This document shows positions 20,059 to 27,700 of a stretch of 64,000 bases of DNA, in pieces (positions within the stretch are counted from its first letter, which is position 1; the number at the start of each line of letters is the position of its first letter). The translations under genes were made by a program, and so were the position numbers. The notes beneath the pieces were generated by a model that saw only the letters and a program-made list of their open reading frames with translations, did no database searches and was not told the origin of the DNA. Source of the stretch: Corallococcus sp. AB038B (GTDB lineage Bacteria > Myxococcota > Myxococcia > Myxococcales > Myxococcaceae); NCBI RefSeq assembly GCF_003668955.1, contig NZ_RAWO01000002.1:279605-343604 (forward strand), read 5' to 3'.

Positions 20059-21912
20059 TCAGCGTCTCAGGCTGTTGATCTGCTCCTCGATGAGGGCGCG
20101 GACCTTGGGATACAGCTTTTTTCGGCTGACGGAATGTGAAACCCGCATGAAGTAGGACAAGCCTCCGATAGAAACGGGAGGCGTGAACTCAAGCTTGTTC
20201 CGAGCAAGGGGGGACGGTTCAACAGCCTTATAGGGAACGTTCATGCCGCTCGCCTTGGGAAGAGCCTGCATGAACGGAGAAGAAACCAGGGTGACCTCCA
20301 ATTGCCCGACGCTTCGTTCCTTGAGAATGCCAACATGGGTCTCGAGCACTGCGCACAGCTCCGCGAGTGCCGCGACCGCTGGAATGCTGATCATTCCGCT
20401 GGCCTCGCGGAAGAGTCTCCCCGGATCGGTTGGAAGCGCCATCAGATTGGACGGCAGGTACTTGTTTGCTTTCAGCCAGACCACCAGCCAGTCAAGTGTG
20501 CGCCGGATCGTGGTGACGGTTTTTCCCTGTTCGGCGATCAGCGTGCTCACAGGGGCATGATTCGCCAGAAGGGTGAAGACGAGGTTCATCAAATCAGTTC
20601 GAGCGACGGTACTGGCATATCTGGCTTCACACTTTTCCAGCCGGCCAACGAAGTTGTCGAAGTTGGCATCAAGATGGAACTGCGCGTACTTGTCCTCCTT
20701 GGTGACGTCGACGTCGACGATCCGGTTCGCGAAGGGCGATTGCGCGTACTGGGCCTTGGGGGATGAAGTCGTGTTGTCGAATTTGTGGATCTGTTGCTCA
20801 AGGACCTGGGCAAGCAGGTCCCACAATGGACCGCTCAGGGTCTTCGGATTGATTTGAAGGAGCTTGGAGACGGCTCTCAGGGGGCTTGAGACATTCAAGT
20901 CGTCGAAAAAGCCCATGAGCGGGTAGCGTCCGCTGGCCTTTCGGGCCTGGAACGCCTTGAGCGCTGGCGACAGGCTGGTCTCGACTTTGTTCAGCTCGGC
21001 CTGAAGCCGATTGGCGAGATCGTTGTTGATGATCTGTCGATTCTTTGGGGCATCGCCTGTCATCTCCACGGGCACGTCGAACTTGATGACGTTGTTGAGC
21101 GCGCAGATGACCTCGCGGGCCTTGGCAAGGGCGGTCTTGACGCTGTTGAGGGTGTTGATGCAGCTGTCGTAGAGCGCCTTCCCCTTGGCCGGATCCATCA
21201 ACAGCTTCAAGTCAATCCATAGGGAAGGGTCGGCATCCTTGAGTCTCGTGGACTTGACGGCGTCCTCGAACACACGGGTGTCGAACGTTATCTTCTTGAG
21301 CTGGGCGCCGAAGTCGTCGAATTCGGACCGCTTGAAGGCATCGTGAAAAGGGAGGAGTGAGAAGTCGGCAACGACCCTCTGGGTCAGGTCGTATTTGTTG
21401 TAGACGTTGATGATCTTGCACTCCTTGTGGAGTGCCTTGGTGTTGACGTGGTGTTGCTTCGTGAAGAACGGTGTCGAGAGATAGGTGATGCTGCGGATCT
21501 TCCAGCGCTGGGGCCATGCGACGGCTGCCTGGGCCGTCAGTTCGTTGATGACATTCCCGCCATGTGAATGGCCAATGAGATGGAATGCGACTTCCTGGTT
21601 GAGGAAGCCCTTGTAGTAGGCGCTTTTCCCGTTGGCGCCACAGAGGCGGTTGGCCAGGTAGGTCCCCGCGATCGTACGGTTGGACGAGCCATTGTCCCCC
21701 GTCCATCCGTGAGCCGTGAAGATATGGACATTGGTGTAACGCTTGTGGATTTCGTCGATGGCAAGCCACAGGTCAGGGTTTTCCTGCCAGTACCAGTCTG
21801 GGTCGTTGATGCTTTTCTTGCGCTGATAACTCGCGGAGCGCGCCTTCAAGTCGCTGTTGACCGGGTCTACTGTTCCGCTCACCAAGACGATGATGTTGGG
21901 AATGTCGGACAT
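20059..21912 (-). CDS. Alpha/beta-hydrolase-fold protein, putative lipase/esterase (GHSHG nucleophile elbow); no signal peptide
   Basis: N-terminus MSDIPNIIVLVSGT..HGWTGDN....FHLIGHSHGGNV, followed by a ~400-aa helical C-terminal region. ATG at 21912; the ORF-track extension is rejected. Confidence 0.55.
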   Translation of the reverse strand: MSDIPNIIVLVSGTVDPVNSDLKARSASYQRKKSINDPDWYWQENPDLWLAIDEIHKRYTNVHIFTAHGWTGDNGSSNRTIAGTYLANRLCGANGKSAYYKGFLNQEVAFHLIGHSHGGNVINELTAQAAVAWPQRWKIRSITYLSTPFFTKQHHVNTKALHKECKIINVYNKYDLTQRVVADFSLLPFHDAFKRSEFDDFGAQLKKITFDTRVFEDAVKSTRLKDADPSLWIDLKLLMDPAKGKALYDSCINTLNSVKTALAKAREVICALNNVIKFDVPVEMTGDAPKNRQIINNDLANRLQAELNKVETSLSPALKAFQARKASGRYPLMGFFDDLNVSSPLRAVSKLLQINPKTLSGPLWDLLAQVLEQQIHKFDNTTSSPKAQYAQSPFANRIVDVDVTKEDKYAQFHLDANFDNFVGRLEKCEARYASTVARTDLMNLVFTLLANHAPVSTLIAEQGKTVTTIRRTLDWLVVWLKANKYLPSNLMALPTDPGRLFREASGMISIPAVAALAELCAVLETHVGILKERSVGQLEVTLVSSPFMQALPKASGMNVPYKAVEPSPLARNKLEFTPPVSIGGLSYFMRVSHSVSRKKLYPKVRALIEEQINSLRR

Positions 21913-21959
21913 GGCTTTTCTCGTGTCGTGAACTGGGAACAACAGGGCCAGGGCCGCGC

Positions 21960-22943
21960 TCACCACCCGCCGCTGGCGCCACCTCCGCCGGAACGACCGC
22001 CCATTCCCTTGAACGCGGTCTCCGTCAGCGGCTGGCTCTTCAACGCGGGATGGAGATCCAGCAGGTACTGGACCCACTTCTTCGCGTTGAGCTCCCGCGG
22101 CGTTTCGAATTCCGCCTTCCGGCGATACACGCCCCGCCATTCAGGTTGGGTTGCCCAAAGAGAGGCACCGTCATCCGTGCCATAGGTCTTGGGGTGGCCT
22201 ACGTTCAGACGGAAGCCCTTGGAGTGGACGTAGTTCGCGAGCAGGTTGCTCCAGAGGGAGATGATGGTCTCGCGGATGTCGACGAAGATCCCGGGATCCA
22301 CCTCCATGAGCTTGAACAGGAGCAGCGAGGATCGCTCGACCGCCGAGGACTCCAGGTAGAAGACGGGGGTGGGGCCGCCACTGTAGGGCGTGAACTTACC
22401 GCTTTCGACCTTGCCGACCTGGAGACTCCCTGCGTTCCATCCGGGCATCCCTGGCTGCAGGAGGCCGAAGACCCAGGACCGGCGGCCCGCGAGGAAGTGA
22501 TACGCATTGTATTGAATCAAGACGGAGAGCGCCGAAAGCGGCAGGATCGACAGGGGCTTCTCCAGGCCCTCCGAGAAGTTGCGCTTGAGCGTCTGCGCGG
22601 CGAACCCCTTGTTGGGATCCTGCCAGAGGACGTGGACCCAATCGCTGTGGAAGTCAGGCAGGTTGATGCCCAGCGCCGCGAGCTTGACGTCGAGCAGGAA
22701 GCGAAGCGTCCGGGTTTGCTCGAACTGCCGGGTCGACCAGGCCACGCTCGCCTGGTTCTCCTGCATGTTCTTGCCGAGCCCATTGAAGAACTTGGGAAAG
22801 TCCTTGGTGAACTCCGCCACGAGCAACGGGAGCTGCTTCTGCGGATCGCCCTGGAGCCCGGGGACGCTGAAGTGGATCCGGAATTGATTCACATGGAAGT
22901 TGCCACTGCCCCTGGCGATCTTGAGCTCCGTGAAGTCCATCAT
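21960..22943 (-). CDS. Hypothetical protein with a Gly-rich C-terminus
   Basis: 327 aa, no recognisable motif, C-terminus GMGGRSGGGGASGGW. Sandwiched between the two hydrolase genes. Confidence 0.45.
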   Translation of the reverse strand: MMDFTELKIARGSGNFHVNQFRIHFSVPGLQGDPQKQLPLLVAEFTKDFPKFFNGLGKNMQENQASVAWSTRQFEQTRTLRFLLDVKLAALGINLPDFHSDWVHVLWQDPNKGFAAQTLKRNFSEGLEKPLSILPLSALSVLIQYNAYHFLAGRRSWVFGLLQPGMPGWNAGSLQVGKVESGKFTPYSGGPTPVFYLESSAVERSSLLLFKLMEVDPGIFVDIRETIISLWSNLLANYVHSKGFRLNVGHPKTYGTDDGASLWATQPEWRGVYRRKAEFETPRELNAKKWVQYLLDLHPALKSQPLTETAFKGMGGRSGGGGASGGW

Positions 22944-22958
22944 CCACCTCCTGGTGGG

Positions 22959-24725
22959 TTACCGGGGACCAGAAGAGCGCTGTGCCGAGCTTCTTCCCAG
23001 GCTCCCCTGGTTGATGAGGGGTAGCCTCGTCGCCACGTACGTATTGTCACGGTCCATGGTCAGCCGGTCCGGTTGAAGCATCTTTGCGTCGAATTTCGGA
23101 GGAGGAAGATGCAGCGACTTGATGACAAGGCCTTGCATTCCCCCCACTTCATCGAGTGCGACCTTCAGCGTCACAAGCGGAGGAAGGAGTGTGCGAGCGA
23201 GTTTGGGCAGGGGAGAGTCGTAAGACATAACCTCTTTCATGAAGGACTTGCCCGGAGCCCCCATGATCGCGTCGATCTGCTTCATCACCGACCGGTAGAG
23301 TCCCGGGATATTGAGCACCCCCAGGCGTTTCTGTCGCATCTCCTCGACGATGGGGCTGTGGATGTTGTCGTTGGACTGGCCGGATGACTGGGGGCCTACC
23401 GTGAGCCGGGTGCGTTTGGTGGTCCCGTTGGGGCCCAGCAAGCGCTGGCTGTGGAGAGCCCCAAGCGCCCCTCCCACGCTTTTGGCAGCATCGTAGTCCC
23501 CTCCGGCCCAGGCGATTAGCCCCGCAGAGAGCAGTTCCTTGATGTTGGAGGTCCTCATCGCCGCTGGGAACAGCTCCCTCTTGACGACGATCTTGAGGAC
23601 GATGGTCAGCACATCGGTGAGGAGATCATCTACCTTGCGCAGAGAGCCATTCTTGAGAAGCCTCCGCAGCTCCGCCGTGGCGGCTCCCTCCAGGATGGTG
23701 GCGCTGCCTGCAAGCAACGTCTCGCCTGCGAGTGAGACGACATCTCCCTGGGTGAGATAATGAGTCGCCAGCGGACCCTTGGGGGACTTGAGGCGGTTCG
23801 CGGTCTTTCTATCGACGCCGGGTGAGTTGAAGGTCACCACCTGGAGAACCGAGTCCCCGAAATCGACCGCCACCCGCTGCGCCATGGCGCCACCCAGGCT
23901 GTGTCCGACGACAACGATGTCCTTCCTGCCAATGCGCGTCAGCAGTGTCTGGAAGAGCGCGCGGGTCTGCTTGAAGGCAGTTGCGCCAACCCCTGCGGGG
24001 TCCATGTCCGCGACGGCATCAGGTGCCTTCTCGAACTCGGTGCCGCGGACCGCGATGATGGGATGGTTTCCACGGGATGGCTGCAGCCAGTAGGCGAACA
24101 CGCCATGGGTCTTGTTATGGGGGTCGCTGCCCTCCATCTGGACAATGGTGTAGTACAGGGGCTGTATGCCCGGCTTCTTGGAGTAGGGGCGTTTGGTTGA
24201 GACGGCATAGGTCGCCGGGAACTTCAGCTCGGGCATTGCCCAGAGCTCCGGCGTTTCAGCGCGATACAGGAACCTGTCGACCTGGATGCCAGCCCGTGTG
24301 CCGCCGCCCTGGTTGTTCAGATAGGCGAAGTCGTGAGCCAGGTACTCGTAGAACTCGTGGTCGGGCGTGAAGTCCTCGGCCAATGGCTCGGGTGGCGCCT
24401 TGGGCATGACGATGGGCCGCGTGGCAACCCGGGTGTTGTCCTGGAGGATGTGCTGGGTCTGTCGACGGAGCGCGTTCAGATCAATACGAAGCGCATTGGA
24501 AGGCGACGCGTGTGTCTTTGCCGCTCCCGAGCCGGACGCCACCGCCAACACGTTGGACTCCGGGATGTAGACCTTGTCACCCGGTTTGATGTGGTCGGGA
24601 TTGGGTCGTGCCTTCCGGAGCGCGGCGTTTCGTGGGTCTTTGTATACGACGCGCCAGTCCGCGATCCGGTAGGACACCGCGATGCTGTACAGGGACTCTC
24701 CAGCCTTGACGACATGCTGGGTCAT
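22959..24725 (-). CDS. LysM domain + class-3 lipase (Lipase_3) fusion protein; no signal peptide
   Basis: N-terminal LysM (HVVKAGESLYSIAVSYRI...IKPGDKVYIP). Lipase_3 signatures IIAVRGTE and VVGHSLGGAMAQ. Its ATG overlaps the stop of the giant upstream gene as ATGA. Confidence 0.65.
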   Translation of the reverse strand: MTQHVVKAGESLYSIAVSYRIADWRVVYKDPRNAALRKARPNPDHIKPGDKVYIPESNVLAVASGSGAAKTHASPSNALRIDLNALRRQTQHILQDNTRVATRPIVMPKAPPEPLAEDFTPDHEFYEYLAHDFAYLNNQGGGTRAGIQVDRFLYRAETPELWAMPELKFPATYAVSTKRPYSKKPGIQPLYYTIVQMEGSDPHNKTHGVFAYWLQPSRGNHPIIAVRGTEFEKAPDAVADMDPAGVGATAFKQTRALFQTLLTRIGRKDIVVVGHSLGGAMAQRVAVDFGDSVLQVVTFNSPGVDRKTANRLKSPKGPLATHYLTQGDVVSLAGETLLAGSATILEGAATAELRRLLKNGSLRKVDDLLTDVLTIVLKIVVKRELFPAAMRTSNIKELLSAGLIAWAGGDYDAAKSVGGALGALHSQRLLGPNGTTKRTRLTVGPQSSGQSNDNIHSPIVEEMRQKRLGVLNIPGLYRSVMKQIDAIMGAPGKSFMKEVMSYDSPLPKLARTLLPPLVTLKVALDEVGGMQGLVIKSLHLPPPKFDAKMLQPDRLTMDRDNTYVATRLPLINQGSLGRSSAQRSSGPR

Positions 24726-27700
24726 GACGCCCGCTCCTTCTGGAGCTGATTCCGCCGTCCCTGGCGTGCCAGCCCCAGGCCCAGCAGGAGCAGCAGTGCC
24801 AGTGCCGCGCCGCCATCCCCGCTGGTTCCACAGGCGCAGCCGCCGCCCGTGCCTCCCAGCGTCCGGGCCTGGCCCTTCAGCGTGAGCGAGGCCTCCGCCG
24901 TCGTCTCTCCTCGCAGGCGCAGCTTCAGCGTTCCTTCCGCGGGGCCTCCCACCTCTCCGTGGAAGGTGACGCTCACCGTCGTCTGGGCTCCCGGCGCCAG
25001 CTCCGCGTCCAGGGCGCTCGCGTCGATCACGAACGCCGGGTTGGTGTTCTCCACCACGCTCAACCTCGCCGGCGACGCGGACTGGTTCGTGAGCGTCACC
25101 GTGCGCGCCGTGCTGGTGGCGCCAATGTCCACCCAGCCCAGATCCAACTCGAACGGCTCGATGGTCAGGAAGCTGGCCACCGAGATGCCCGAAAGGGCCA
25201 CCAGCGCCGCGCGCTCCTGGTCCTTCGTGCCCACGACCAGCGTCGCCCTCGACGCGCCAATCTGCGTGGTGTCGTACTTCAAATCCAACGTCAGCGAGTC
25301 ACCCTGCGGCAGGGCACGGCCTTCCGCTCCCAGGATGGGAGACAGCACCACGAAATTCGCGGCCTGGGGCCCCTCCACCTTGGGTGGCATCACCACCAGC
25401 TCCTGGGTGCTGTCGTTGATGAGCACCACCTTGGTCGTCGCCGGCTCCGCCTGGCGCACGGTGCCGAAGTCCACCGTGCGGTTGAGCGCCCGGAACACCG
25501 TGGAGAGCCCCCGGCCTGACAACGATACCTGCGCGTTCGGAGACTCAAGGTCGCTCGTCACCACCAGGAGGTTGGCCTTCGACGTGACGTCCGGACGGGG
25601 GACGAACTTGACGGAGATTTCCCTCGACTCCTGGGCCGCCAGCGTGAAGGGGAGCGTGGGCGCTGAATCCAGGCTGAAGTGCGAGGGCTCGGAGTTCTCC
25701 GCCGCGCCGATGATTTCCAGCCCGCGCACCACCAACGGCTGGAGTGATTCGTTGGTGAGCCGCACGGAACGGATCGCCGAGGCGGAGGACTCGGCCACCC
25801 GCGCGCCAAACTCCAAGGTGGGCGTGGACAGGCTGAGCTGATTCGTCCGGCCCTGGCCCTTCAGCTGCACGAGCATGGTGCTCGTCTGGCTGTCTTCGGA
25901 GGTGATGCGCAGTTCCGCGGAGTAGGGCTGCTGGGTGCCCGGGCGGAACTGGACCGACACATCCATGCTGTTTCCTGCGTTCAGCACCAGCGGTAGCGAA
26001 GGCTTCTGCAGGATGAACGACGTCGGATCCGCCGCGTTCAGCGAGATGTCCTCCACCTTGAGCGTGCTCGATTCCGTGCCTGCGCCCCCGGAGCCAGCCG
26101 GCAGTGCATGGGTCAGCCTCAGTACGATGGCCTCCGAGGTCGTGTTCACCCGGACGCCTCCAAAATCAAGCGACCCGTCGAAGGCCTGGGCGTCCTTGCG
26201 GGTCACCGCGAGCCTTGCCAGCGTGGCCATTCCCTGCAGGCCGAGCTCCAGCGGAGCCTGGGAGGATGCCTCCACCCGCACCGAGGCCTTGGTCGTCCTG
26301 AGTCCGCCCGTCGCCCCCTGAGGGGTGAACCGAAGCTTCACGGAGGCACTGCCATTCGCGGGCACCCTGGGCAGCGTTTCCTGCACGGAGAACTCCGAAC
26401 TCCCCGGAGGGAGCGTCACGGAGATGTTCGCGTCGGTGATGCCTGTATTGGTCACCGTCACCGTCTTTTCCAGGAACGAGCCGAAGTTCACGCGCCCGAA
26501 GTCGATACTGGAGGGCGACAGGCTCACGCCGCCCACTCCATCCACAATCAGCTTCACGATGGTGCCTGACGGCTCCGCGTTGCTGGAGATGGTCAGGTTG
26601 CGCTCGATGGTGAGGAGTTGGGTGGGCTTTGCCGAGATGTAGACGTAATGCTCAAGGCCGGGGGCCACCGTGAAGATGGGCCCGGGCACGTTGGGGCTCA
26701 GGGAGGATTGGCAAGCCGTGGTTTGCTGCGAGTCCTCGCGCAGGCAGAACTGGTCCGGGACCTCCACGGCATAGACCACCAGCGGGGCCTTGCCGATGTT
26801 CTTCACCACCAGCCTCTTTGAATCCCCTTCGACATTGAGCGCCTGAGGCGCGAATTCGGGAGCGCCGCCGGGCAGCGTCAACACGGGGATGGTGCCCCGG
26901 CCCGAGACCGTGATGGTCTGGATCTGGCTGTCGCTCGAATTGCTCTGCACCTGCACGGTTCCAGTCACATCCTGCGCGACGTCAGGAGTGAAGGTGACGT
27001 CGAGCAGGGCGGACTCACTTCGCTGGAGGAAAACGGGGAACTGCGGGTTGTTCTGCAGCATGGCCTTGAAGGGGCCGATCGCCGTCGACACATTCTTGAT
27101 TTCGAGTGGGGCGGAGCCGATGTTCTTCAGCACGACGGTCTGGGTGCTGGAGGTTTGCCGGGGAACTTCGTTGAAAACGAGCTGCGTCGGGTTCATCTGC
27201 AGCTGTGCCACGGCGGCAACGCCGGACAGCTTGACGACCAGGCCCGCCGTGGCAGGCGGCTTCGTGGCGAGTGAGAGATTGGCTGAGTAGTTGCCAGAGA
27301 GCTGTGGAGCGAACGTGACATCGATCTGGCGCGTGCCATTCACCGGAACGATGGCGTTGGGCCAACCAAGGACGTCGATGTTGAACGTCCCGAGGTTGGC
27401 TGCCACCTCCGCCAGATCAACGTCAACATGTCCTGTGTTGATGATGTCCAGGGAAAGCGTGTTGGAGCTGCCCGGCTGCGTGGCGGTGAAAATCAAGTCC
27501 GCCTTCGACGTGGTGAATCTGGCCTCCGCGCCAAACCCCACGAGTGGGAAGCTGCGCGTCGTCCTGAGATTGCTCGTGGTCCCCAGGTAGGTGATCTCCA
27601 GGCGGGCCTCGTACTTCAGGTCCTCGATGATGGGACTGAAGGTCACCCGGAAGGGCTGGGGGCGCTTCACGCCCTTCTCGAGCACGGGCTCGGAGCTGTT

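Noticed and set aside
20059-24725. Assigning the two hydrolases as canonical T6SS lipase effectors with an immunity protein
   Set aside because: No signal peptide or lipobox is present on any neighbouring protein, as would be expected of periplasmic lipase immunity proteins. There is no MIX, PAAR or VgrG fusion. The effector role is kept as a hypothesis and not called.
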